Assembly: GCF_006345805.1 (NCBI RefSeq)
Contig: NC_042998.1
Span: forward strand, 188,356,001 to 188,420,000
DNA length: 64,000 nucleotides
Direction of reading: 5' to 3'
DNA from: Octopus sinensis
Taxonomy: Eukaryota
The notes beneath the pieces were generated by a model. It saw nothing but the letters and a program-made list of their open reading frames with translations, had not been told where the DNA came from and did not search any database. Shown piece after piece: positions 1-12,585 of this stretch (position 1 is the stretch's first letter; the number at the start of each line of letters is the position of its first letter). Position numbers and translations under genes: made by a program.

Positions 1-250
1 TTCCATTCTTTGCTCTCGGTGACTCCGTTTGGTTCATGTTCGTACAATTTTCATGCTCTGTTAAGGCCGTGCTTTTCACATAGCCTCCAGTAGACGAACT
101 TAGCAACGTTATCGCGCCTATTTTTGTAATGCATTTGGGCCCGCTTGCTACACTCGCAATATCTGAGATCACTTCGTTTTTGCTGCCACACATTTTACAA
201 AGGGACGAATACAGCAGAGAATTTTCGTATATAAGCTTGTAAAATTTTTT

Positions 251-261
251 ATATATATATG

Positions 262-320
<59 letters not shown>

Positions 321-325
321 ATATA
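251..325. repeat. (TA)n microsatellite
   Basis: Directly visible. Confidence 0.95.
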
Positions 326-440
326 AGCTTTCAAAATTCTTTGAATGGCAAAGTTTTCAGTAACGATGACCCAATATATTTGTATGTATGTGTAAATATG
401 TGAACTGTTAAACCTTGCACATTTTTTCTCTCTCCGTGTT

Positions 441-600
441 TTGTTTTCATTCTATCTCCATTGTTTTCCTCTCAACCTTTTCTTTCGAAGAGCGTTGGCT
501 CGGAACGTCAAAGACTTCTCCATTCTTCCCAACCGTCAGACTACTACACGTGCTTGTTGTTCCCTCACCTGTCTCCGTCTTTTGTTTTCTGTAAATTTGA
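441..600 (+). mobile_element. Penelope-like terminal (pLTR-type) repeat fragment
   Basis: Homologous to 17405-17558, which follows a Penelope RT remnant; contains GAAGAGCGTTGGCTCGGAACGTC. Confidence 0.5.
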
Positions 601-1882
601 AATGTACACACACACACACACGCGCACACTCACACACGTATATGCGTACACACACACACACACATATATATATAGCTAGATAGATAGGTATAGATATATT
701 ACAGAAGTACAAAGGCCTTGAACGAATAGATCTCATGTTTATGAATATTATGAAACTTTACTCTGAACGTTAGAAGGTGGATTCTTTGATCCAATATTGT
801 AAGAAATTCCAACTAAAATATTATGATGTAGTTTTGTATTAACAAATGTTCCATATTTTTTCCTAAAAAGATGAAAAAGAGAGAAGTTGGAGAAAATTCC
901 CATTCCAGAAAATAAAGCAAAAAGATCACGGAAGACAGGTGAAAATGTGTATATTAGAGTGTGCTGTAGGAGGAGATGAAACAGAATAAAAATGAAAGAT
1001 AATGTTGAAAAAGATACGTGTGTAGGTTCAGAATTAAATGGAAGGAATGTCATTAAAGGAATCAATATCTAGAAATAAAAATACTGAGATACGGTACAGC
1101 CTTCGTTCAGTACATTAAAAACGAATTTCATGTAATAGATAGGTGCTCGAGAAAGCTATGAACAGTGTACAAGTTACATCAACGAATCTTTATGAGTAAA
1201 TTTTATATACTAAGAGGGAACCGTCAAGTACCCACGGTACAAGACATACAAAACATAGCGTTGGTAGGATTATATATTAGCAGAAAAGAAGATAGATGTA
1301 TAGATGTAACTCAGAAAATTGTGTGAGAAAATGCACAGAAAAAAAAGCAGAAATTATGAAATATGATAGAAACTGGAAATACAAAAAGTATTCCATCAAC
1401 AGATGGCGAAGGCAAACAGTATACAGTTGATAAAAAACCAGGTTTCGTCGAATAATGAAGAACCTTTAAACGATAGCTTCCTCTCAGCCATTTCTGAGTG
1501 CGGCTCGCCACCATCTTCGTAATATTGTTCTAGTTCTTAGGTAACTAAAGAGAGTACTTAACCAGGCCCAAATATCTTAAGCTGCCACTTCAGTTTGCGA
1601 GCTGAAATCCGACCGACTAGGTAATTATTGCTCTTGTCCGATAGCATCTCAGTGGCACCGTCTTCATATGTAGCAGTTCTTGTGGAATACTCATCAGTAC
1701 ATTTAGTTTCTGCTGTAATGCCTTAAGAGCCAGAATCAACAGGAGGAGGGAAATGGGAATCGACTGAGCGTTGGGTGCAAAACGGTTCCGAAAAGTGGTA
1801 ATTTAATGTGACCGATGAAAAGATGCTACTATACAAAAAAAAAAAAAAGCGAGGCTCCAAAGTACATATTTTGTATGATTTA

Positions 1883-3828
1883 TTTCTTTACTACCCACAA
1901 AGGAAAAAACGCAGAGAGGACAAACAAGGACAGACAAACGGATTAAGTCGATTATATGGCCCCCAGTGCGTAACTGGTACTTATTTAATCGACCCCGAAA
2001 GGATGAAAGGCAAAGTCGACCTCGGCGGAATTTGAACTCAGAACGTAACGGCAGACGAAACACGACTACGCATTTCGCCCGGCGTGCTAACGTTTCTGCC
2101 AGCTCGCCGCCTTTGAAGACAGTATAATTAATTAGACCCAACCCAGTTCTGAACATTTTATCTCATAGGAGCGAAGGACAGGGGCCCGGGTAGAGGGAGC
2201 TGAATGCGTTGTTCTTGGGAAACATTAACATCAACGGAAATCAACTGAATAGACAATTTCGGAAGCCCGGATAATGCAGTAATGGTTTGGGATAAACTCT
2301 TTGTCTGCCAGCGTCATAGGTCGGGCTTATCCGAGATGTAGGCAGATCAATTAAATATTTACACTCATTCGTACAGTTTTCGAGCATTGCTGACTTTTTA
2401 TTTTTGAGTTATCACTTAGCTGGTCAGGATATGAACCGAATTTATTATATATATTTCTTTACTACCCACGATGGGCTAAACACAGAGAGGACAAACAAGG
2501 ACAGACAAACGGATTAAGTCGATTATATCGACCCCAGTCCGTAACTGGTACTTATTTAATCGACCCCGAAAGGATGAAAGGCAAAGTCGACCTCGGCGGA
2601 ATTTGAACTCGGAACGTAACGGCAGACGAAATACCGGTAAGCATTTCGCCCGGCGTGCTAACGTTTCTGCCAGCTCGCCGCCTTTGAAGACAGTATAATT
2701 AATTAGACCCAACCCAGTTCTGAACACTTTATCTCATAGGAACGAAGGACAGGGGCCCGGGTAGAGGGGGCTGAATGCGTTGTTCTTGGGAAACATTAAC
2801 ATCAACGGAAATCAACTGAATAGACTATTTCGGAAGCCCGGATAATGCAGTAATGGTTTGGGATAAACTCTTTGTCTGCCAGCGTCATAGGTCGGGCTTG
2901 TCCGAGATGTAGGCTGATCAATTAAACATTTACACTCATTCGTACAGTTTTCGAGCATTGCTGACTTTTTATTTTTGAGTTATCACTTAGCTGGTCAGGA
3001 TATGAACCGAATTTATTATATATATTTCTTTACTACCCACGATGGGCTAAACACAGAGAGGACAAACAAGGACAGACAAACGGATTAAGTCGATTATATC
3101 GACCCCAGTCCGTAACTGGTACTTATTTAATCGACCCCGAAAGGATGAAAGGCAAAGTCGACCTCGGCGGAATTTGAACTCGGAACGTAACGGCAGATGA
3201 CGAAATACCGGTAAGATTTCGCCCGGCGTGCTAACGTTTCTGCCAGCCCGCCGCCTTTGAAGACAGTATAATTAATTAGACCCAACCCAGTTCTGAACAC
3301 TTTATCTCATAGGACGAAGGACAGGGGCCCGGGTAGAGGAGCTGAATGCGTTGTTCTTGGGAAACATTACATCAACGGAAATCACTGAATAGACAATTTC
3401 GGAAGCCGGGATAATGCAGTAATGTTTTGGGATAAACTCTTTGTCTGCCAGCGTCATAGGTCGGGCTTATCCGAGATGTAGGCAATCAATTATTTACATT
3501 ACAATTACCTCTTCGTACAGTTTTCGAGCATTGCTGACTTTTTATTTTTGAGTTATCACTTAGCTGGTCAGGATATGAACCGAATTTATTATATCTATTT
3601 CTTTACTACCCACGAGGGGCTAAACACAGAGAGGACAAACAAGGACAGACAAACGGATTAAGTCGATTATATCGACCCCAGTCCGTAACTGGTACTTATT
3701 TAATCGACCCCGAAAGGATGAAAGGCAAAGTGGACCTCGGCGGAATTTGAACTCGGAACGTAACGGCAGACGAAATACCGGTAAGCATTTCGCCCGGCCT
3801 GCTAACGTTTCTGCCAGCTCGCCGCCTT
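1883..3828 (-). repeat. Tandem array: four SINE-B copies separated by three copies of a ~340-bp spacer (unit ~572 bp)
   Basis: Marker ttgaagacagtata recurs at 2113, 2684 and 3257; SINE copies at about 1883-2113, 2453-2683, 3022-3256 and 3596-3828. Confidence 0.95.
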
Positions 3829-4185
3829 TATTATATCACCTGTCGGTTTGGATTGGTAATTTAAGGGTACAGTTTTTTTTCCCTATATCTACTGGTCATG
3901 GCGAAATAGGTTCCATGACGAAAAAAAAATTGAAGAATAGGTCAAAGTGAAGTATGAGAGTGAAGTGTTGCTCTCTCCGAAACTTTATTGACAGGATGTG
4001 AACGTTGTAAAAATAATTCAAGTAAAAGGGCCTATATTCGCTGCACTTACTTTTTGGAGAAATCCTGGATCATTGAAGTTCTTTGATTTGTTCTAGTGGT
4101 TATAGCCGTATCGCCCCGCTTCATTTCATTCATTGTATATATTGTAGTTTTCCATGCTTGTTTCTTTTACCCCATAATCGATTCT

Positions 4186-4345
4186 GCATGTGGCTGTGTG
4201 GTAAGTAGCTTGCTAACCAACCACATGGTTTCGGGTTCAGTCCCACTGCGCGGCATCTTGGGCAAGTGTCTTCTACTATAGCCCCGGGCCGACCAATGCC
4301 TTGTGAGTGGATTTGGTAGACGGAAACTGAAAGAAGCCTGTCGTA

Positions 4346-4394
<49 letters not shown>

Positions 4395-4603
4395 TTATGT
4401 GTCTGTGTTTGTCCCCCTAGCATTGCTTGACAGCCGATGCTAGTGTGTTTACGTCCCCGTCACTTAGCGGTTCGGCAAAAGAGACCGATAGAATAAGTAC
4501 TGGGCTTACAAAGAATAAGTCCCGGGGTCGATTTTCTCGACTAAAGGCGGTGCTCCAGCATGGCCGCAGTCAAATGACTGAAACAAGTAAAAAGAGTAAA
4601 GAG
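4186..4603 (+). mobile_element. SINE family A (tRNA-like head, central TA/TG microsatellite, (TAAAAGAG)n tail); probably an octopus OK/OR-type SINE
   Basis: Closely similar copies recur at least 10 times in the window; tggctgtgtggtaag head, gggttcagtccc B-box-like motif. Confidence 0.9.
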
Positions 4604-4714
4604 AGAATCTATTTCACATATTTCTGTAATTTGTTTTTGCAATGTCCTCTCATCTACTACTTATTTTTTTTTTTAACAATTTCAAGAATATTGAAGTACC
4701 ATACAAAATGTTTA

Positions 4715-4870
4715 GTGGCATTTCTTCCGCTGTTTACGTTCCGAGTTCAAATTCCATCATGGTCGACTTTAGCTTTCATCTTTTCGGGTTTAATAAAATA
4801 AGTACCAGTTGAACACTCGGGTCGACATAATCAATTCCCCTTTCCCTCAAAATTTCTGGCCTTGGGCCTA
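4715..4870 (+). mobile_element. SINE family B, partial and diverged
   Basis: gagttcaaattcc..ggtcgacttt..ctttcatc..aagtaccagtt core. Confidence 0.75.
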
Positions 4871-4884
4871 AAGCAGAAAGGATC

Positions 4885-4941
4885 TTCATCATCATCGTCG
4901 TCGTCGTCATCGTCGTCGTCATCATCATCATCATCATCATC
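4885..4941. repeat. (CAT/CGT)n trinucleotide repeat
   Basis: Directly visible. Confidence 0.9.
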
Positions 4942-4942
4942 A

Positions 4943-5105
4943 AGACGGCAGGCTGGTGCAGTCGTGAGAGTGTTGAAAAAATGCCTTGCGGCATTTGTTC
5001 CGAATCTTTGTTCTGTGTTCTAATCCCGCTGAGGTCTTTCAATCAGTTTGGATCATAAAATCAAGTACCAATCAAACACTGGGGCTCATTTAATCGACTA
5101 GCCCT
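4943..5105 (+). mobile_element. SINE family B-like, degraded
   Basis: Degraded head, aaatgccttgcggcattt, aagtacca..actgggg..atcgact. Confidence 0.55.
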
Positions 5106-5234
5106 ATTTGTAGCCTTCTGCCTGTATATTTAAACATTTCTTATTATTAGCTATAGGATTTTTGCTCTTCATTTTGTTGGGGTGATCGCTATATTTTTTA
5201 TATATTTTATTAATATTAATTCTTGGCGTTTCAG

Positions 5235-5531
5235 GAGACATTACAAACGTATCGTTATACGTTACATCGAATGACCAACATCACGAAATTGTGGCTTATA
5301 CTATTGTGAACATACGTAAAGTCAATGTCAGTGGAGAAACAAGGGAATGCCCATACCAACAACCAGCCTATCACCAACATCTTTGTTTTGGAGATGATGA
5401 TGGCAATGATAAAGAACTGGTGTTGACTGTCGAGGAAAACCAGAGCGGAATTACATTGTCTCGTCTTAGACAAGGTGTCTTTCTCAGATCTATATGTCGT
5501 AAAGCTAGCGTAAACTATCAGATTGCTAATG
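5235..5531 (+). CDS. Ret: Ret exon, end of CLD1 / start of CLD2 (DITNVSLYV...HLCFGDDD...VEENQSG...SICRKASVNYQIANG)
   Basis: Acceptor gtttcag at 5228-5234, donor gtaagt at 5532; 297 nt, phase 1-1. LCF..EEN..C...V.Y resembles RET ELCF..RENRP..LCPNISVAY. Confidence 0.85.
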
Positions 5532-6289
5532 GTAAGTTGATGTCTTTTATGTTTCCTAATCTATTTGTAATCAATGACTCAATCTCGTAATTTTCTTACT
5601 GACTATTACTTTCTAGTACTTCAGAGAATGAATTTTGTTCGGGAAATATATTGAAAATGCAAGAGATCAATGAATTATCATAGTACACATAAATTACTGT
5701 TAAATATTTTGGGGTGATACATTCAAATTCAGAAATACACACTTATACAAGGACGCACTAACACACACATTTTGAAGTATTGTTCGTCTGAGTACTTGCG
5801 AATATAATCGCATTTGTTAGAGCTAGCAATAAAGAATTGGCTTAGGTTAAGATAGATCCCCACCACAAATTTCGGGAGACAATTTCAATGAATTCAGATC
5901 TACAGTAGATAGATATTAATTCGACTGACGAACTAGAAATATGAGGTGCAGCTGAAATTAAAATAGGTAAGTTAAAATTTTAGTTTTAAAATGCTTAAGA
6001 GAACTATGATTAACAAAACGACAAATTCTGGAATCAAAAGTCAACTTCTTAATCGACATCCTGTGTTACAGAGTCGAATTATTGAATATTAATGGTATTT
6101 TTCATTGACAATAGGATAGTAAAAGTGTCCGTGAGTTGAGGTTTTTAAACGTTTACGAATGTAGTCGAGTATTTCAGTAACTATGACCGACATCTGCCAT
6201 ATATTGTTGAGTAGGTCAGTCGGCCAAATCTACTCGAAAAGTCTAATCTAGTAAGTTATCTTCTAGTAATTATATGTTGATACATGTAT

Positions 6290-6519
6290 ACTTTTATGCA
6301 TGTGTGTATCGTTATACCTATATGTTTGTATACATACATACATACATACATACATACATACATACATACTTACTTACTTACTTACTTACATACATACATA
6401 TATATGTGTGTGTATACATATATATACATATATATAATACATATATATATACATACATACACAGACAGATATATATATGTACATATAAATACGTACATAC
6501 ACACACGCACGCACGAACG

Positions 6520-6550
<31 letters not shown>

Positions 6551-6560
6551 GCAAACATAT
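6290..6560. repeat. Compound (TACA)/(TTAC)/(TA)/(CA) microsatellite
   Basis: Directly visible. Confidence 0.9.
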
Positions 6561-7595
6561 TATTTCTACTCCAGTGCATACACATTCGCGTAAAGATAAA
6601 TATGTGTAGATATATATATGTGTTTATCTAATTACGTACGTTTGTTTGTAACAGAGTCTGGCTACTTTGCAAATCCATAGCTTCACCAAAGTATGTTTTC
6701 ATTTCGCGTGTTCCTGGCTTCCTTCAAAGAAGAAGTTACAAGAACAAAAGAGAGCGGATTTTTCAGATAAAACAGAAGACGTAGCCGTGCATGCACGCAT
6801 ATGTAACGTACATGTGTATGTATATGATGGCGTATATGTGTGCATGAGTAATGATACGCTTGCACGTGTGTAATAGTGTGTGTGTGATGGTCTGTGCGTG
6901 TTGAATCTATATGTAGCTATATCTGTTTCTGTATATGTGCACATACTAATCCTATCATATTTATTATACATTAGGAGTAAATTAATGAATGTAATATATA
7001 GTAGATACAATATTTTGATACAAGATTATACCATAGAAACACATTCATCTCTGTGTTGATTTAAGCGTAACTTACAGGCACACATGAATACTCACAACCA
7101 ACTAAACATCTTTCAAAGTAAAGCTATGAAGGTCATTAAAGATGAAGTTGAACAGAGACGTCAACAGCTCATATTACACAGGGAAAAGTACTTGCATAAA
7201 GAGCTTTATAAAAGACACCTAATTCGTTCGTTAGCCCTTAGAACTATTTTGAAACTACGGTTCAAAAATACGTGTACGGATCCTGTATCGTTATGCTTGT
7301 ATATTTTCTTTTGGTGTCTGATGACAGCAATAGCAATAAAAGCTTTCTGCATTCTGCTCAAATATCTTAGAACCATTCTTTCAAATCACCCGCTGGAACT
7401 ATTCTTGAGAGTAAAATATGTGGTAATGAATTTCTTCTCCTCCCATAAGCTGCAGTGAACCATTGTTAGGTTTGAAATCCATTTTCTATTTTACTTCATA
7501 AAAGCACACATGTATAAATATATACGTTAAACAGTGTAGTGTATAATAAGTGTATACATAAATTTTAAAATACAGATTGAGAACTAAAACCAAAT

Positions 7596-7597
<2 letters not shown>

Positions 7598-7643
<46 letters not shown>

Positions 7644-7720
7644 TGTATGTTTGTATGTATGCATGTATGTATGTATGTATGTATGTATGTATGTATGTAT
7701 GTATGTATGTATGTATATGT
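7598..7720. repeat. (TA)n-(TATG)n microsatellite
   Basis: Directly visible. Confidence 0.9.
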
Positions 7721-7984
7721 GTGTCAGTATGTGAGTGCGAGTACATATCCGTATTTGTCTGCGTGTGTGTATATGCATCGGGTATAATCAGCATCCCTCT
7801 GCATCTACACATTCAGAGTAGTTTACCAACGGCCCTTCAGCAACAACACACCCTGATAAGCTCAATGACTACTACTAAATTCAGGCTACGGCGGACTGAG
7901 AGGGCGTTTTTGAAGCCTAAGCTTTTAAACTTCCGGTGATAATATTTACAAATCGCCTGAAGAAACACAACTTGATCTCATAAT

Positions 7985-8833
7985 GCAGGGAAACAGTTGC
8001 ATAATCAAGTACCGGCACACCTGTACTTTATAGTAGTAGCTGTATACCTCTCTTCCCGGTAATGTTGCAGTATAGGCCCTTTTGCGTCCAGGAAAACCGT
8101 TAGCGTTACTTTTTCTGCGGAAAGTTGTCCTGAATTTTTTTTCACTAGCGATTCAGATGTTTCCATTCCATTACCTTTCGAATTCTGGCTCAAAGTAATT
8201 GATCCAGGTATCATCTCCTGTGACTAAAAAGTTTCGTCTTCGTCATTTTGGTAGTGAGAAAGCGTGGAACAGATCTCCACACGATCGCTTATGCATTTCG
8301 GTGAACTTACTTAGCACCCATCTCGACAGACTTTACGGAAGCGAAGCATGTGGAAGATTTTGTATGCCGAACCATGAATAATTTGCAGAGAATACGCCAC
8401 CTCATCGATGGTCACTCGTCGGTTCACTAGAGCCACCTCTCGAGTTTTTTTAATCTTTACGTCAGTAGCGGAGATTGATGGGCATCTTGCTCCCTCTTCG
8501 TGCTTCACACTTATCCGGCCATTTTAAAATTCTCGATTCATTCATACACTTCTACACAGTAAAACACTGGCCACATATTGTACTGAAAGCCTGCGATGAA
8601 TTTCAGGCCCTTCAGACCAGAGAAATCGGATCTCTGTTCTTCCTTGGTGCATACTACCGGTTGGGTGGTTATGTATACTTTGTAATACAAAGAAAACTGG
8701 AGTGTTCAAGGTGAATCAGCGGTTGCTTAACCACAAGAATACCACCTCTTAGCATCTGAGCGCCGAAGGCAGTGCAACCAATATAAAAAAAAAGGTTTGA
8801 CGAAAGTGCAGTTAATTTTTTACTTCTTCATGT
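7985..8833 (-). mobile_element. Degraded, internally deleted mariner transposon
   Basis: Minus frames give CTKEEQRS..EIHRRLSVQY..FKNGRISVKHEEG, VNRRVTIDEVAYSLQIIHGSAYKI..RFRKVC and SAEKVTLTVFLDAKGPIL, with stops and frameshifts. Confidence 0.85.
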
Positions 8834-8898
8834 ATACGGTGCACTTGATAGGATCAGAAGAAGCACACCTAATACAGTGTGAATGCAGGGGCCATACG

Positions 8899-9172
8899 TA
8901 AGCTGCTTGATGTTCCTTACTCGGATAGTGCAGTAATGGTACAAGCCTATATAGCGCACCATACATGGTCCTTAACCGTTCAGGTTTAAATAACATAGCT
9001 ACCCGGCGGAAAATACAAGAAAATACCGAGAAAGAACTACGAGATAGTTTACTAACGGTGTAGTCATGTCATTTGTACCAGAACATTTACCTGACCATTT
9101 GTACCAGAACAATTACCTGACAAGTCCGTCTGATTACTGCACTATCTGAGCATGAAACGTGGAGCAGCGTAC
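8899..9172. mobile_element. MITE-like element with ~38-bp imperfect terminal inverted repeats
   Basis: 8899-8937 (gctgc..ctcggatagtgcagtaat) is complementary to 9133-9172 (attactgcactatctgag..gcagc). Confidence 0.5.
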
Positions 9173-9730
9173 GTTTTCGGTATTCATTAACTACACACAC
9201 ACACACACGTACACACACACACACTCACACACACACACATACACACTCTCACACACACACACACGTATACACCCGTGCGTACGTATGTGGAAAATGTACA
9301 GGTAAATGCAATGATGATAGAAATGTTTGTATCTATTATTCAAGAAAACTAACTCGATCGATAGCTTTGAATATGTAGCTCCACCGTGTGTTGGAAAGAT
9401 TAGGCTATCGGAAAACCTGATAGTTCCATAAGTAACAATCGATAATTCAAGATTCAGTTATAGGACAAGAACTTTCCGGACAACATTTAATATATTGTCT
9501 GTGACCTTGCCATCGATTCACTTAAATACTTTATCCTTTTGCTCACCTTCAGTTTACACCCCAGAACTATATTTCACATAAAATGTGGTTTTAAATGAAT
9601 ATGATGTTGCGCAAGAATAAATTGAAAGTCATCATCTATTTCATTTGCAGGAAATTTTATACTTTTGCATCTATATCCATATATCTATTTGTTCCATACG
9701 TGTATAAATATATTTCCTGTTTATATTACA

Positions 9731-10127
9731 CTAGCAGTATAGCCTGGCGTTGCTCGGGTTTGTAAGGGAAATAACTATATAAGCATTTTTAGAGAGTTAT
9801 TGCCAAAAAATAGCAAAAAAATGCATTAAAAATGGGAAAAAAATGATGGTAAATTTTTTTAAAATCGTTGACTCATCGTAGACATTTTTAGAGAGTTACT
9901 TCCCTTATATAATAGCGAAAAAATGCATTAAAATGGAAAAAAATGATGGTCAATTTTTTTTTAAATCGTAGACTCATCATAGATGCGCGCTAATACCCAG
10001 AAGGGCTCGGTATGAATCACGACTATAAGATACCCGGTTTTGGTTAAACTGCACCGCAAAATGTGGGAGTAGTTAGGAATCTAAATCGTAGGAGACAGAC
10101 ACACAACTTCACTTTTATATATAAAGA
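9731..10127 (-). mobile_element. Non-autonomous Helitron
   Basis: Minus strand reads A|TC...hairpin...CTAG|T; homologous to 56428-56810 and 58636-59022. Confidence 0.85.
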
Positions 10128-10243
10128 TATATGAACGCATACACAATAGATTAAGAAGGAAATGAAGCCCGAGTAAAGTTGTTGAGGTGGCAGAGTCAAA
10201 TCTCAACATGAAGATGTGTTCGGAGCTTTACAGAACACTGAAG

Positions 10244-10912
10244 CTAGGCTGGTATAGTTGTATAGCACATGATAATACCTGATAATAAAGACAGGAGCAA
10301 AGAAATTAAACAGATCGAAGGAAAAAATCCATTGATATTAGGAATGTAATGCATATAGTAATCATGGTAGACAGCTGCGCGGGAGAAGTTACCATGAAGA
10401 ATATTGAAAATTGAAGCCAGTTCAGATAGGTTACGATTTCTTCCGAGATTGATCGGTACTGTGCATTCAGCGGCTAATTTTTTAAACAATGGGTTTGGAG
10501 AAGTACCACTAATTGGAATCGGTGTGGTGATTATATATTGTTGGAGTATATTCTAGCTTTCTGGGAAAATGCAACTTCTCATTAGCAGAATATTTAACTC
10601 CAAACAACACCCGTTTCCTTAGCAAAAGGCAGGTGGAAAATCCAAAGTATCAGCGTAAAAAAAAACCTCTCGGTTGTGCTAATGACTGAAAGATGAAGGT
10701 AGTGTTGAAGGAAGCGTTCATTTTGCACTGAAATTATAGTATGAAATTATAGCATGGTTTAACATAAAATGAAAATCTCGATTGGTGAAATGAGATGACA
10801 GTTTAGAATAGGAGAGTTTTGGTATGAAGAAATTGCAGATGGCAATTTTCTTAACTTTCAGCGTATACAGGCTATTGTGAATTTATAGCTACCCTCATAG
10901 TGTACCGCTTGA
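10244..10912 (-). mobile_element. Possible very old mariner 5' fragment
   Basis: tatgagggtagc TIR-like start; RNLSELASIFNILHG..VYHDYYMH weakly resembles the mariner second HTH. Confidence 0.3.
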
Positions 10913-12410
10913 CTGGTAATGAATTTCGAATGGACAGGAAAGCAGTAATTAACGAATTGCAGCGGGGAAAGAAGAACGCTTAATTTTAAATTTGGCAGAG
11001 AAAAATATATGATAAAGGTGAAAGCTGAGAGCAATATCACAGTATCAGCAAGTGATGAAATAGAATAAACGTTGGTGAGGCGATCACTTACCAAAATAAA
11101 AATTAAAAAATGAAAAACGTAAAACGATTGGACCAAAGGCAGGGTTTCAATGCTCGTAGGGTTAGGGTTAGGGTTTCAATATCCTGAAAATAACACATGT
11201 TGTCAATATTTGTAAACAAAACGTGTTATGTTTCCGGTAATTTTCTTTCACGTAAATAAATCTTAATGTTAACTTAAAAATTTGCCGGCAAAATCTTATA
11301 AAATGACAATGTTCCAAAAGATGTACATGTTTATAAATAATCAACACGCGCTTCCTTGCAGATAAAAGACTTTTCAAAGACTACTGTCAACACATGCTTC
11401 ATCGAAGACTTTTCAAAGACTGTTGCTATGGCAACAGGCAAAAGAATTCTCATCTTTCCTTTGTTACTATCGAAACAGATGTGGTTTACGATTCGCTAAA
11501 ATACCAAAATTTTCAAACTTTAATTACTAATAATTCTGTATCAATTGATTAAAAGCAAAAACCACTTTCACGTCAATAATTAGCCTATAAAAGTGTATCA
11601 TTACACTGAATATGAAATCAATTCGAAAAGAAAATCAACACTAGCAGCCGCTGGCAACCAAACAGAAAAGATCCATTTTTTCTGTTATCACACTATATTT
11701 GATATTCAAAGAGTTAAAAAGGAAATCTAAATACTTAGAACACTGAACTAAAGAACTCATACCAGCATTGAAAGAGAATGTACTCGACATTTAATGAGAA
11801 CTTTTAAAATTAGATTTATGTTTTGTCCTTCTGACATAGTTGTCGAGATACCGTATGTTTGCTTATTAACGATAAAGTAACTTAAGACTTTAAACAAAAT
11901 TATTATAACAGCAATAAAAATAGCAACAGAAGGAAAACTAAAAAAAAAATCCGAGTCCTGCGTGAAATGTAACGAAAACAATAAAATGTTTATAATGACA
12001 GTAATAGGATTAATAAAAACACCAAATAGTTTTGAAAATCAACAACTATAGCGACAATATTCTAAATGTTAACAAAGCAACAATAACAGAAACCTAACAA
12101 CAAAATTGGCAATGCAATAAATTAACACCAAAATGTTAGCAACTCAACCATGACAAATATATGAAGTGCAACAACCACAACAAATCGAAGTAAAATGTAT
12201 AACAGGCATTAGTTATGTGACATTTCCGAGAGGGTGGCATTTAGTGTTTAATGTAGTATGGACAAAAGCGTGAGCAAAAATATTAGACAGAAGTGTTGGA
12301 ACAATTTACTTGTGAGGCATGTCAGGTAACCTTTAGGTATTTCAATAAATATCAAAGGCTGCCCCACTACTCATTACTTTTCTTTAGCATCTTAACAACT
12401 ATACTTTACC

Positions 12411-12585
12411 TATTTCTTTATTACTCACAAGGGGCTAAACATAGAGGGGACAAACATGGACAGACATAGGTATTAAGTCGATTACATCGACCCCAGTGCA
12501 TAACTGCTACTTAATTTATCGACCTCGAAAGGATGAAAGGCAAAGTCGACCTCGGCGGAATTTGAACTCACAACGTAACGGCGAA
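12411..12585 (-). mobile_element. SINE family B, 5'-truncated
   Basis: tatttctttattactcacaagggg...ggatgaaaggcaaagtcgacctcggcggaatttgaactc. Confidence 0.9.

Noticed and set aside
840-1800. Possible upstream Ret CLD1 exon or nested gene
   Set aside because: No stop-free, splice-bounded frame with Ret or cadherin features was found; more likely decayed repeat.
1883-3828. CRISPR-like or satellite-gene array
   Set aside because: Units are ~572 bp with identical spacers, in eukaryotic intron context and with no cas genes.
11157-11177. Interstitial telomere-like (TTAGGG)3
   Set aside because: Too short and embedded in what looks like a dispersed repeat.
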